Sequence record: DRR723986_3478 | Strand: one strand, 5' to 3' | DNA length: 20,000 bases | Shown: positions 1 to 9,387 of the stretch, in pieces | Layout: the number at the start of each line of letters is the position of its first letter | Numbering within the stretch: the first letter of the stretch is position 1 | The notes under the pieces: model-generated | What the model was told of the DNA's origin: nothing | Seen by the model: the letters and a program-made list of their open reading frames with translations, nothing else | Databases searched by the model: none | Position numbers and translations under genes: made by a program

Positions 1-783
1 ACCAAGTTTATACAAACCATGACCAAAAGAAACATTGTTTGTGGTATTGCTAGTGAAGAAGAGGACGATTTTATCACTATAAACAGCCAAGATGAAAACC
101 ACCAAAACAAGTATGTGGTATTAATAGATCCTTTAGATGGTTCTTCTAATATTGATGTAAATGTTTCTGTTGGTACTATTTTCTCTATCTATAGACGAGT
201 AACACCTGTGGGAACACCTGTAAATATTAAAGATTTTTTACAAAAAGGAAGTCAACAAGTTGCCGCAGGATATATTATTTATGGCACATCCACAATGTTG
301 GTTTATACCACAGGACATGGAGTTAATGGATTTACTTTAAACCCTGCGATTGGTTCGTTTTATTTGTCTCATCCAGACATGCAATTTCCTAAAGATGGAA
401 CTATTTATTCAGTGAATGAGGGTAATTATATACACTTCCCGCAAGGCATAAAAAACTACATTAAATATTGCCAAATGGAAGAAGGAGACAGACCATATAC
501 ATCGAGATATATTGGCTCTTTGGTATCTGATTTTCATAGAAATATGATAAAGGGCGGTATTTACATGTATCCAAAAAGCTCTAAGGCGAGTAATGGAAAA
601 CTTAGGCTTTTATATGAGTGCAACCCAATGGCATTTTTAGCTGAACAAGCCAACGGCAAAGCTAGTGATGGTTTTACAAGAATTATGGATATTAAACCGA
701 CAGAATTGCATCAACGTGTTCCATTTATTTGTGGTAGTAAAAATATGGTTGCAAAAGCCGAAGAATTTATGCAAAACGCATAA
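1..783 (+). CDS. fbp: Class 1 fructose-1,6-bisphosphatase, 5'-truncated by the window edge
   Basis: Motifs [34 protein letters not shown] and [21 protein letters not shown]. The frame is open from base 1 (TKFIQTM...), so the ATG at 19 is internal. Confidence 0.97.
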   Translation, partial: TKFIQTMTKRNIVCGIASEEEDDFITINSQDENHQNKYVVLIDPLDGSSNIDVNVSVGTIFSIYRRVTPVGTPVNIKDFLQKGSQQVAAGYIIYGTSTMLVYTTGHGVNGFTLNPAIGSFYLSHPDMQFPKDGTIYSVNEGNYIHFPQGIKNYIKYCQMEEGDRPYTSRYIGSLVSDFHRNMIKGGIYMYPKSSKASNGKLRLLYECNPMAFLAEQANGKASDGFTRIMDIKPTELHQRVPFICGSKNMVAKAEEFMQNA

Positions 784-785
784 AA

Positions 786-809
786 AAAGCGAACTCTAGA
801 GTTCGCTTT
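786..809. terminator. Intrinsic terminator between convergent fbp and TerB-like genes, probably bidirectional
   Basis: Perfect 24-bp palindrome AAAGCGAACTCT/AGAGTTCGCTTT. The A run at 782-788 gives a U tract on the - strand. Confidence 0.85.
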
Positions 810-828
810 GTAATTATATTTTAAAATC

Positions 829-1260
829 CTATTGATTCATCTTTTTCATTTTCTCTGTAAACTCGTCTAAGTCTACCTCGTAATGCACTAAAGTTAAAGC
901 CTTATCAGCAATGTACTTAACATTATCTTGGTTAAAGCCTAAACCGATGCATAACTTCTCTAATAAATTTAATTGATTAGGCCCTTCTATATGATCTGCC
1001 CATACCATTCGTGATAAGTCATATAATCGCTCTAAACGCTTGTCATATGAATGCGGAGCATTTACAGGATGATTTTTATAATCTTTTAATATCTCTTTAT
1101 ACTCGGCTTCTGTAATATCTAAACGTGTCGCTAGGCGATCTAAAAATGCTTTTTCTGCATCATTAATTATACCATCACTCATAGCAACTCTAACTATAGC
1201 TGCAAAATGGTCCTCGTTTCGTTTTTTAAAACCGCTTTCGAATAAATCTGAAATTGACAT
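829..1260 (-). CDS. TerB-family (tellurite-resistance-like / DjlA N-terminal-like) protein, 143 aa
   Basis: Pattern VAMSDGIINDAEKAFL, repeated as MVWADHIEGPNQLNLL, is typical of TerB-like folds. Start moved to ATG 1260 (MSISDLF) because the upstream start at 1299 overlaps the promoter box. Confidence 0.8.
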   Translation of the reverse strand: MSISDLFESGFKKRNEDHFAAIVRVAMSDGIINDAEKAFLDRLATRLDITEAEYKEILKDYKNHPVNAPHSYDKRLERLYDLSRMVWADHIEGPNQLNLLEKLCIGLGFNQDNVKYIADKALTLVHYEVDLDEFTEKMKKMNQ

Positions 1261-1296
1261 ATATACGTATTTAATTCTCTTATAATTATTAGACCA

Positions 1297-1304
1297 CAAA
1301 TATA
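1297..1304 (-). promoter_or_regulatory. Bacteroidota housekeeping promoter -7 box for the TerB-like gene
   Basis: TATATTTG on the - strand matches TAnnTTTG, 36 nt upstream of ATG 1260. Confidence 0.6.
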
Positions 1305-1348
1305 ATTCTATTCAAAGAAATTATCATTATGGTAAGCTTCAAATATTT

Positions 1349-1356
1349 TATATTTG
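1349..1356 (+). promoter_or_regulatory. Bacteroidota housekeeping promoter -7 box for mfd
   Basis: TATATTTG matches TAnnTTTG, 19 nt upstream of the TTG start. Confidence 0.65.
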
Positions 1357-1375
1357 CACCTTCAAATAATGGAAC

Positions 1376-4300
1376 TTGAGTAAAGCCTTCATTTCCCAAT
1401 CTTTTTCACAGACTTTGCAAGCGCAGAATCTGCAGAGTACTATTGCCCAATCCGAAGTAAAAACCCATTTAAAGGGTCTTGTTGGATCGTCTTTATCTAT
1501 TGTAGTTTCTGAGGTCTTTAAAACTGCAGACAAGCCATTTCTTTTAATTTTTGATGATAAAGAAGAAGCCGCCTATTATCTCAATGACCTAGAGCAACTT
1601 ATTAATGACAAAGACGTTCTTTTCTATCCTGGAAGCTATCGTAGACCATACCAAATTGAGGAAACTAATAATGCAAATGTACTTTTAAGGGCAGAGGTAT
1701 TAAATAGAATTAACTCTAGAAGAAAACCAGCCATTATTGTCACCTATCCGGATGCCCTTTTTGAAAAAGTAGTTACTAAACGAGAACTCGAAAAAAATAC
1801 ACTCAAAATTTCTGTTGGTAACGAACTTAGTATAGATTTTGTCAACGAGGTCTTGTTTGAATATAAATTTAAACGTGTCGATTTTGTTACGGAGCCGGGA
1901 GAATTTTCAGTACGCGGAGGTATAATTGATGTGTTTTCTTTTTCACATGATGAGCCTTATAGAATTGAATTTTTCGGTGATGAAGTAGACAGTATTAGAA
2001 CCTTTGATGTAGAAACACAACTTTCAACAGAACGCATCAAAAAGGTAAGTGTAATACCAAACGTGGCTAATAAACAAATAGCAGAAAATCGTGAAAGCTT
2101 TTTAAAATATATTTCTAATAAAACAGTCGTTTTCTTTAAAAATGCTTCGCTTCTATTTTCAAGAATAGATGAGTTTTACAATAAAGCCGTTGAAGCTTTT
2201 AATGACTTATCAAAGGACATTAAACACGCTTCTCCAGATGAGTTGTTTTGTAATTCTGAATTATTAAAACATCAGTTTTTAGAGTACTCTTTAATAGAGT
2301 TTGGCACTTCTGCTCATATGAGTACTGACACCATTGAATTTTATACCAAACCTCAACCTTCTTTTAATAAGCAATTCAACCTTTTAATTGAAGATTTAAA
2401 TGAAAATCATGCTAATGGCATAACCAATTATATCGCTTGTGTTAGCGAGCAACAAGCTAAACGATTTCACGATATATTTGATGATGTAGATGACAATGTG
2501 CATTATAAAACAGTTGTGCTTTCGCTCTACCAAGGATTTATTGATACTGAGCATAAAATTGCTGTATATACAGATCATCAAATTTTTGATCGTTACCATA
2601 AATTTCATCTTAAAAATGGCTATGCTAAAAAGCAAGCCATAACTTTAAAAGAGCTTACAAATCTTGAAATTGGTGATTATGTAACCCACATAGACCATGG
2701 TATTGGTAAATTTGGTGGGCTTCAAAAAATAGATGTCGAAGGCAAAAAACAAGAGGCGATCAAACTCGTCTATGGAGAGCGCGATATTTTGTATTTGAGC
2801 ATTCACTCATTACACAAAATCACTAAGTTTAATGGCAAAGATGGAAAACCTCCAAAAGTCTATAAACTAGGTAGTAAAGCTTGGAAAACGCTTAAACAAA
2901 AAACCAAGTCTAGAGTAAAAGAAATTGCCTTTAATCTCATTAAACTTTATGCCAAAAGAAAGTTAAGAAAAGGCTTTCAGTACGAACCAGATAGCTACAT
3001 GCAACATGAGCTTGAAGCATCATTTGTCTATGAAGATACACCAGATCAAATTAGCTCTACTGCAGATATAAAAGCAGACATGGAAAGTGAACGACCGATG
3101 GACCGTTTGGTGTGTGGTGATGTAGGTTTTGGTAAAACTGAAGTAGCCATAAGAGCTGCGTTCAAAGCCGTGGACAACGGAAAGCAAGTTGCTGTCTTAG
3201 TACCTACAACCATATTAGCTTATCAGCATTATAGAACATTTACAGCACGTTTAAAAGATTTCCCTGTAACAGTAGATTATGTTAACCGTTTTAGATCTGC
3301 AAAGGAAAAAAGAGAAACTTTAGAGGGATTAGTGAAAGGTAGTGTAGATATTATTATTGGTACGCATCAACTCGCTAATAAAAACGTAAAATTTAAAGAT
3401 TTAGGCTTACTCATTGTAGATGAAGAGCAAAAGTTTGGTGTCGCTGTAAAAGAAAAACTAAAGACCATAAAAGAAAATGTTGATGTCTTGACCTTAACGG
3501 CAACACCCATACCAAGAACGCTACAATTTAGTCTAATGGCTGCTAGAGATTTATCTGTTATTACTACGGCTCCACCAAATCGTTATCCTATAGAAAGCCA
3601 TGTGATTCGATTTAGTGAAGAAAACATTAGAGATGCTATCAGTTACGAAATACAACGAGGAGGTCAGGTCTTTTTTATTCATAATAGAATTGAAAACATC
3701 AAGGAAGTTGCTGGCATGATACAACGTTTAGTACCAGATGCAAAAATAGGAATAGGTCATGGACAACTTGATGGTAAAAAATTAGAGCAACTTATGCTTG
3801 CTTTTATGAACGGAGAGTTTGATGTATTAGTAAGCACAACAATTGTTGAAAGTGGATTAGACGTACCTAATGCCAACACCATATTTATAAATAACGCCAA
3901 TAATTTTGGATTGAGCGACCTACATCAAATGCGCGGACGTGTTGGGCGTAGCAACAAAAAAGCCTTCTGTTATTTTATTACACCAGAGTATTCTGCTATG
4001 ACCACAGATGCAAGAAAACGTATTACTGCCCTAGAGCAATTTACAGAATTAGGTAGTGGCTTTAATATTGCTATGAAAGATCTAGAGATTCGTGGTGCAG
4101 GTGATCTATTAGGTGGCGAACAAAGTGGTTTTATTAATGATATAGGTTTTGATACTTACCAGAAAATTCTAAATGAAGCAATAGAGGAGCTTAAAGAATC
4201 TGAATTTGCAGATCTTTACAAGGACGATGGTAAACCAAAGCAATATGTGAAAGATATTACAATAGACACTGATTTTGAATTGTTATTTCCTGACGATTAT

Positions 4301-4708
4301 GTAAATAATATTACCGAACGTTTAAATCTGTACACCAAACTCAATGAGATTAAAACAGAAGAAGACTTAGAGAAGTTTGAATCTGAAATTATAGATCGTT
4401 TCGGAGAATTACCAACTCAAGTTTCTGATCTACTAGATAGTGTGCGTTTAAAATGGATAGCGACTAAAATGGGCCTTGAGAAAGTCATCATGAAACAAGG
4501 AAAATTGATTGGTTATTTCATTCAGGACCAACAAAGCAAATTCTATCAAAGTGATGCATTTACTAAGGTACTTCAGTTTGTACAAATGAATGCGGGCAAA
4601 TGTAAAATAAAAGAAAAAAAGACAAGGAATGGACTACGCCTCTTACTGACTTTTGATAATATTAAATCTATAAAACAGGCATTAGCTGCATTATCAGATA
4701 TTAAATGA
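1376..4708 (+). CDS. mfd: Transcription-repair coupling factor
   Basis: UvrB-homology region (GEFSVRGGIIDVF), RID/CarD-like region (GDYVTHIDHGIGKF), SF2 motifs CGDVGFGKTEVA, DEEQKFG, TATPIPRT and QMRGRVGRS, TRG motif (DLEIRGAGDLLGGEQSG) and C-terminal TRCF domain. TTG start. Confidence 0.98.
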   Translation: MSKAFISQSFSQTLQAQNLQSTIAQSEVKTHLKGLVGSSLSIVVSEVFKTADKPFLLIFDDKEEAAYYLNDLEQLINDKDVLFYPGSYRRPYQIEETNNANVLLRAEVLNRINSRRKPAIIVTYPDALFEKVVTKRELEKNTLKISVGNELSIDFVNEVLFEYKFKRVDFVTEPGEFSVRGGIIDVFSFSHDEPYRIEFFGDEVDSIRTFDVETQLSTERIKKVSVIPNVANKQIAENRESFLKYISNKTVVFFKNASLLFSRIDEFYNKAVEAFNDLSKDIKHASPDELFCNSELLKHQFLEYSLIEFGTSAHMSTDTIEFYTKPQPSFNKQFNLLIEDLNENHANGITNYIACVSEQQAKRFHDIFDDVDDNVHYKTVVLSLYQGFIDTEHKIAVYTDHQIFDRYHKFHLKNGYAKKQAITLKELTNLEIGDYVTHIDHGIGKFGGLQKIDVEGKKQEAIKLVYGERDILYLSIHSLHKITKFNGKDGKPPKVYKLGSKAWKTLKQKTKSRVKEIAFNLIKLYAKRKLRKGFQYEPDSYMQHELEASFVYEDTPDQISSTADIKADMESERPMDRLVCGDVGFGKTEVAIRAAFKAVDNGKQVAVLVPTTILAYQHYRTFTARLKDFPVTVDYVNRFRSAKEKRETLEGLVKGSVDIIIGTHQLANKNVKFKDLGLLIVDEEQKFGVAVKEKLKTIKENVDVLTLTATPIPRTLQFSLMAARDLSVITTAPPNRYPIESHVIRFSEENIRDAISYEIQRGGQVFFIHNRIENIKEVAGMIQRLVPDAKIGIGHGQLDGKKLEQLMLAFMNGEFDVLVSTTIVESGLDVPNANTIFINNANNFGLSDLHQMRGRVGRSNKKAFCYFITPEYSAMTTDARKRITALEQFTELGSGFNIAMKDLEIRGAGDLLGGEQSGFINDIGFDTYQKILNEAIEELKESEFADLYKDDGKPKQYVKDITIDTDFELLFPDDYVNNITERLNLYTKLNEIKTEEDLEKFESEIIDRFGELPTQVSDLLDSVRLKWIATKMGLEKVIMKQGKLIGYFIQDQQSKFYQSDAFTKVLQFVQMNAGKCKIKEKKTRNGLRLLLTFDNIKSIKQALAALSDIK

Positions 4709-5568
4709 ATGAGAGAAGTCATTTAAATCATTTACTATTACTTACACTAGCTACATTATTTATTAGTACTTCTGGTGCATTAGGTAAATTTATTGCCATG
4801 CCAACTCCAGTTATAATCTGGTTTCGTTCTGCATTAGCAGCTATATTTCTGCTTGTTTTCTGTATTTACAAAGGCATAAATATAAAGATATATAATGGTA
4901 AAGATCGTTGGACATTCTTTCTTGGCGCGGTATTTATGGGAGCACATTGGATTACTTATTTCTATGCACTAAAGTTATCTAATGTAGCTATTGGAATGCT
5001 TTCATTATTTACATTTCCGGTAATTACAGCACTGCTCGAGCCCTTTTTTACTAAAGTAAAATTTGATCCAGTTCATATTGTACTTGGTATTATAGTATTA
5101 ATCGGCATTTATATTTTAGCACCAGAATTTAATTTAAAAAGTGGCCAATTACAAGGTGTACTTTTTGGTTTATTATCCGCAGTTTGCTATGCTTTGCGCA
5201 TACTCATTCTTAAAGGGCATATTGCTAAATATAATGGGACTATGCTTATGTTTTATCAAGTTACTATTCTATCCGTAATACTGGTTCCATTGTTGTTTTA
5301 TATGGATGTTTCTAATATTACATCACAATATCCTTATGTGTTTTTATTGGCCTTATTAACTACTGCTATTGGTCATACCATGTTTGTGAACAGTCTTAAG
5401 TATTTTAAAGCAAGTACGGCGAGTATTATAGGAAGTGCACAACCTGTTTTCGGAATAATAATTGCATTTTTTTTCTTGAAAGAAATACCAACTATACATA
5501 CATTTGTGGGTGGCGCACTGATTTTAACCACAGTGGTTATTGAAAGTATCAGATCCAAATCAAAATAA
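4705..5568 (+). CDS. EamA/DMT family transporter
   Basis: 287 aa with about 10 hydrophobic segments in two repeats and EamA-like motifs. ATGA overlap with the mfd stop suggests translational coupling. Confidence 0.88.
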   Translation: MNERSHLNHLLLLTLATLFISTSGALGKFIAMPTPVIIWFRSALAAIFLLVFCIYKGINIKIYNGKDRWTFFLGAVFMGAHWITYFYALKLSNVAIGMLSLFTFPVITALLEPFFTKVKFDPVHIVLGIIVLIGIYILAPEFNLKSGQLQGVLFGLLSAVCYALRILILKGHIAKYNGTMLMFYQVTILSVILVPLLFYMDVSNITSQYPYVFLLALLTTAIGHTMFVNSLKYFKASTASIIGSAQPVFGIIIAFFFLKEIPTIHTFVGGALILTTVVIESIRSKSK

Positions 5569-5611
5569 TGGCTTAATTATTGCCGTTATAGAAAAGATAA
5601 ATTAAACACCT

Positions 5612-6913
5612 ATGAAAAAATTATTTACCATTCTTATAGTGTTACCTTTTATAACTTTTGCTCAAAGTGTTAAGGGTACATTTTCACCTGCTGAAGATTT
5701 TACTTATGCCTTTCTTTACAAGGCAACACCAGATGGTGCAAATTATGTAGACAGAGGCAAACTAGATAGCCAGGGAAATTTCGAAATTGCATTAGATTCT
5801 ACGGTAGAGCCAGGTATATATAAAATTGTTTATGCTATACCGCCAGAAGAAAATAACTTTGATTTTGTATATGATGGTAAAGAAACGGTAGCATTTAATT
5901 TTAATTACGAAAGTGGAGTAAACTTTACAGAATCTGATGAGAATAAACTTTGGAGTTCATACCTAAAAAGTATGGATATGGTTAATCAAACGATAACTAA
6001 CTATTACTCTAAAAATAATAAGGATAAAAAAGGATTTAAGTCTATCTTTAATGTACTTAAAGACACGCAACTTGCCTATGAAGAATCTGCAAACGGCAAA
6101 TTAGTATCTGCTTTTATTACAGCTAATAGACCATATATTCCTACTAAATATGAGGATGTAGACACCTATTCTAAAAATTTGAAAGAGCAATTTTTAAGTC
6201 AGATAGATTTCAGTAATTACTTGTTACAGAGTTCATCATTTTTAGTAGATCGCATTACTGCCTATGTGTTTAATATTGTTGAAAATCCGAGCGAAGAGAT
6301 ATACAAAGGACTTGTAGATGATGTTGCTAGATCTATTAGTGATGATGATTTAATTATCAAAACAAGTCTGCTAGAAATTTTATGGCAACGATTTGTGACA
6401 TTAGAAAATCACAACCTAGCCAATTATATAACAGATTCATATTTGTTCGACTTAGCCAATAAAACTGAAAATATTGTACTGGCAGAAACCATTACCTCTT
6501 ATAAAAATACATCTTTAGGTACTAAAGCACCAAATTTTAATATCCTCTTAGAGGATGGAAAAACAAGTTTACACAGTTTAGAAGGTGCAAAGAATTACCT
6601 TTTAATTTTTTGGAGTAGTGCCTGCGGTCATTGCCTTAATGAATTGCCTAAAGTAAAAGAGCTTGTTGCAAGTAACCCAAATTTGAAAGTAGTTGCTTAT
6701 GGTCTGGAAGAAACCGACACTAAGTGGTTAGAAGAGATAAAAAAATACCCAAACTTTATTCATGTTTTAGGATTAGGTAAATGGGAAAATTCAATGGTAA
6801 AAACCTATGGCGTGGCCGCAACACCAATGTATTTTCTCCTAAGTGAATCTAAAATTATTATGGCTAAACCGTATGCCTTTGAGGATTTGGAAGTTGTGTT
6901 AAAAAACTTATAG
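5612..6913 (+). CDS. Exported TlpA/AhpC-TSA family thiol-disulfide oxidoreductase with long N-terminal extension
   Basis: Signal peptide (MKKLF...TFA|Q). C-terminal thioredoxin fold with GTKAPNF, LLIFWSSACGHC (CXXC) and YGVAATP (cis-Pro loop). Confidence 0.85.
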   Translation: MKKLFTILIVLPFITFAQSVKGTFSPAEDFTYAFLYKATPDGANYVDRGKLDSQGNFEIALDSTVEPGIYKIVYAIPPEENNFDFVYDGKETVAFNFNYESGVNFTESDENKLWSSYLKSMDMVNQTITNYYSKNNKDKKGFKSIFNVLKDTQLAYEESANGKLVSAFITANRPYIPTKYEDVDTYSKNLKEQFLSQIDFSNYLLQSSSFLVDRITAYVFNIVENPSEEIYKGLVDDVARSISDDDLIIKTSLLEILWQRFVTLENHNLANYITDSYLFDLANKTENIVLAETITSYKNTSLGTKAPNFNILLEDGKTSLHSLEGAKNYLLIFWSSACGHCLNELPKVKELVASNPNLKVVAYGLEETDTKWLEEIKKYPNFIHVLGLGKWENSMVKTYGVAATPMYFLLSESKIIMAKPYAFEDLEVVLKNL

Positions 6914-6952
6914 AACAGTCTATAATTATTAAAGAGTAATTAGACTAAAAGA

Positions 6953-6988
6953 AAAACGCCCAGTCAACAAGTATTGACTGAGCGTTTT
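6953..6988. terminator. Bidirectional intrinsic terminator between the TlpA-like and lipoprotein genes
   Basis: AAAACGC-C-CAGTCAA-caagta-TTGACTG-A-GCGTTTT hairpin with A/T runs on both sides. The single mismatch is a U-G pair on the - strand transcript. Confidence 0.85.
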
Positions 6989-7011
6989 GAAACTAAATAA
7001 CCAACCAGAAT

Positions 7012-7953
7012 TTAGCTTCTTGTATTCTCTCTAGGGTTATCTATTTTATCCGTTTTCTGCTTACGCTTTTTAGGTTTGTCTACATGTTTTGTAACTCTAC
7101 CTTGTGTATCAGATTCTCTGTAATAAGGTATATATCCTCTTCCTGCAAACTCATAAACTGTTCCTGAGGCTTCATGGAACAACTCTATAGTTCCGTCATT
7201 AATAACGCTGAGTTCAAAGAATTCATTGTCAAAGAAATCATAATCTAACGTTAAAGTTTTTAAGTACATATTACCTGGTATATCTCCAACTCCGTACACT
7301 CCTGTATAGTCCCAATAAATATTTGCTGGGTTATTAATACCTTCATCCTGAGAACTTCTAAAAGTAGAATCATTTCCACCAGACAAAAACTGCAAGTAAT
7401 TCTCATTATCAAATTCATTTAGTGCTCCAAAATCACTGGTATATACTTTTTCCCATGCTTCATATTCTTGTAAGAAATAATGAATATTATAGTAGAACAC
7501 GAAGTCATAATCAAAATTGCTTCTTTGGTAACCTCTTAAAAAGTAAGATGTGTCATTAAATGGATTATATAATTCTATGGTATTGTTGTTGACCTGATAT
7601 ACATCAAAGCTGTCATAACCATCAATAACATGGTTTACGTCTAAGATCATGTCATACGCATCATAGTTACCAATTGGTACACCAAAGCCATTGCCTTGAC
7701 TTCCAAAATTCACCAAATTGTTGTTTGCGTATAATGTTCCGTTTCTAAAAGACACTGTAAATGCAATTTGTAAAAATGGTGTTTCACCATATCCTTGAGT
7801 GGCATTAATATCTACATACCAAAGCTCGTAAGAGTTTAGTAATTGATTAATTGTTATGCCTTGGTTATTGTTTACATTAATTTGTTCCGTATAACAAGAT
7901 GTAAATAATGTTGCACTAAGTACAAATCCTAATAGTAATTTCAATGTCTTCAT
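7012..7953 (-). CDS. Lipoprotein of unknown function with two tandem beta-rich (lipocalin-like) repeats
   Basis: SPII signal MKTLKLLLGFVLSATLFTS|C (Cys20), Tyr/Asn/Asp-rich mature part, internal duplication and basic C-terminal tail. Confidence 0.8.
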   Translation of the reverse strand: MKTLKLLLGFVLSATLFTSCYTEQINVNNNQGITINQLLNSYELWYVDINATQGYGETPFLQIAFTVSFRNGTLYANNNLVNFGSQGNGFGVPIGNYDAYDMILDVNHVIDGYDSFDVYQVNNNTIELYNPFNDTSYFLRGYQRSNFDYDFVFYYNIHYFLQEYEAWEKVYTSDFGALNEFDNENYLQFLSGGNDSTFRSSQDEGINNPANIYWDYTGVYGVGDIPGNMYLKTLTLDYDFFDNEFFELSVINDGTIELFHEASGTVYEFAGRGYIPYYRESDTQGRVTKHVDKPKKRKQKTDKIDNPRENTRS

Positions 7954-7986
7954 AATCTAACGTTTTTAGGGTTATTACTTTATCAG

Positions 7987-8004
7987 TTCAAAACGCATGC
8001 CAAA
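7987..8004 (-). promoter_or_regulatory. Putative sigma54 (RpoN) -24/-12 promoter of the lipoprotein gene
   Basis: The - strand reads TTTGGCATGCGTTTTGAA. TGGCATG-N4-TTGA aligns with the consensus TGGCACG-N4-TTGC at exact spacing, 33 nt upstream of the ATG. Confidence 0.55.
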
Positions 8005-8052
8005 TTTGAAAGTGCCTTATTTTCAAGGGCTTCTAAACCACTTATATTTTTG

Positions 8053-8060
8053 TATTTTTG
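8053..8060 (+). promoter_or_regulatory. Bacteroidota housekeeping promoter -7 box for gpsA
   Basis: TATTTTTG matches TAnnTTTG, 24 nt upstream of ATG 8085. Confidence 0.55.
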
Positions 8061-8084
8061 AAATTCAATATTCATTGCAATTCT

Positions 8085-9086
8085 ATGAGTGATTCCACAA
8101 AATATGCTGTATTTGGCGCCGGAAGTTGGGCAACCGCAATCGTAAAAATGCTTTGCGAAAACCTAGATGAAGTAGGTTGGTATATGCGCAGCGTTTATGC
8201 AAAAGAGCATATTCTAAAAGAACAACACAATCCTAGTTATTTGAGTTCTGTAGAGTTTCATACAGATCAATTAAAACTAAGTAATGATATTAACGAAATA
8301 GCGGAATGGGCAGATGTACTTATTTTTGTAATTCCTTCGGCTTTTATGCACTCTGAATTAGCTAAATTAGATGTAGATATTAGTAGTAAAATTGTGGTCT
8401 CTGCAGTAAAAGGTATAATTCCTGAATCTGGCTTATTAGTTGGTGAACATTTTCATGATATTTATAGAATTCCTTTTGAAAATATTGCAGTTATTGCTGG
8501 TCCTTGCCATGCAGAAGAAGTTGCCCTAGAGCGCTTATCTTATCTAACAATATCTTGTGGTGATGCAGAAAAAGCTCAGGCCATTGCAGATAATTTATCT
8601 AGCGATTATATAAAGACTAAAATTAGTGACGATATTATTGGTGTAGAGTATGCAGTTATGCTTAAAAATATTTACGCAATCGCTGCTGGTATTGCGCATG
8701 GTTTAGGTTATGGTGATAATTTTCAGAGTGTATTAATGAGTAATGCCATTAGAGAAATGAAACGCTTTATTAAGAAAATGCACAAAATGAAACGTAATAT
8801 TAATAACTCAGCCTATTTAGGTGACTTGTTAGTAACTGGTTATTCTGTTTTTTCTAGAAATAGAATGTTTGGTAATATGATTGGTAAGGGTTACACTGTA
8901 AAATCTGCTCAAATGGAAATGAATATGGTTGCAGAAGGATATTATGCAACAAAAAGCGCCTTTTTATTAAATGAAAAGAATAAGAAAAAAACGCGCATGC
9001 CTATTATAAATGCTGTCTACGAAGTACTTTATGAAAATAAAAATCCAAAAAAAGTATTTAAGAAACTTACTGAAAAGTTAGATTAA
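8085..9086 (+). CDS. gpsA: NAD(P)H-dependent glycerol-3-phosphate dehydrogenase
   Basis: Rossmann motif GAGSWATA, plus AVKG, GPCHAEEV, LKNIYAIAAG, GDLLVT, SRNRMFG and VAEGY. Start taken at ATG 8085 rather than TTG 8058, which lies inside the promoter box. Confidence 0.96.
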   Translation: MSDSTKYAVFGAGSWATAIVKMLCENLDEVGWYMRSVYAKEHILKEQHNPSYLSSVEFHTDQLKLSNDINEIAEWADVLIFVIPSAFMHSELAKLDVDISSKIVVSAVKGIIPESGLLVGEHFHDIYRIPFENIAVIAGPCHAEEVALERLSYLTISCGDAEKAQAIADNLSSDYIKTKISDDIIGVEYAVMLKNIYAIAAGIAHGLGYGDNFQSVLMSNAIREMKRFIKKMHKMKRNINNSAYLGDLLVTGYSVFSRNRMFGNMIGKGYTVKSAQMEMNMVAEGYYATKSAFLLNEKNKKKTRMPIINAVYEVLYENKNPKKVFKKLTEKLD

Positions 9087-9088
9087 AT

Positions 9089-9379
9089 TTACTCTTCTTC
9101 ATCAATAGAATTGATTATATCATCAATACACTGTTGTGATTTTTTTATTCTTTTATTGAGGAAAATATTCCAACCAAGTATAGATAAAAGAGAAATTAGA
9201 TTTAATGGTATATAAATATATAGTACCCATTTCACCCAGCTATAATCCCACAAAAAGTAAATAATTATTATTGCTATTATTGTGCGAATGGCATACAAAA
9301 GTAACTTCTTATTCCTGTATGCTTTTGATAGCATTGGGTTTTTTGAAAGCTCTTCCATTTCATTTTTAAGATCTTCCAT
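9089..9379 (-). CDS. Hypothetical small membrane protein (two TM helices)
   Basis: 96-aa ATG-initiated ORF with two hydrophobic segments and charged termini. It packs 8 nt behind the upstream gene. Confidence 0.65.
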   Translation of the reverse strand: MEDLKNEMEELSKNPMLSKAYRNKKLLLYAIRTIIAIIIIYFLWDYSWVKWVLYIYIPLNLISLLSILGWNIFLNKRIKKSQQCIDDIINSIDEEE

Positions 9380-9387
9380 AAAAACGC

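Noticed and set aside
829-1260. TerB-like gene as part of a tellurite-resistance or anti-phage island
   Set aside because: It is a solitary gene between housekeeping genes fbp and mfd, with no other ter or defence genes nearby.
1348-5558. Short - strand ORFs 1348-1533, 2396-2635 and 5373-5558
   Set aside because: Antisense shadows of mfd and the EamA gene, with no recognisable motifs.
6917-6946. Imperfect inverted repeat AGTCTA...TAGACT after the TlpA-like gene
   Set aside because: Weak, AT-rich and interrupted, with no second copy seen to suggest a REP or MITE.
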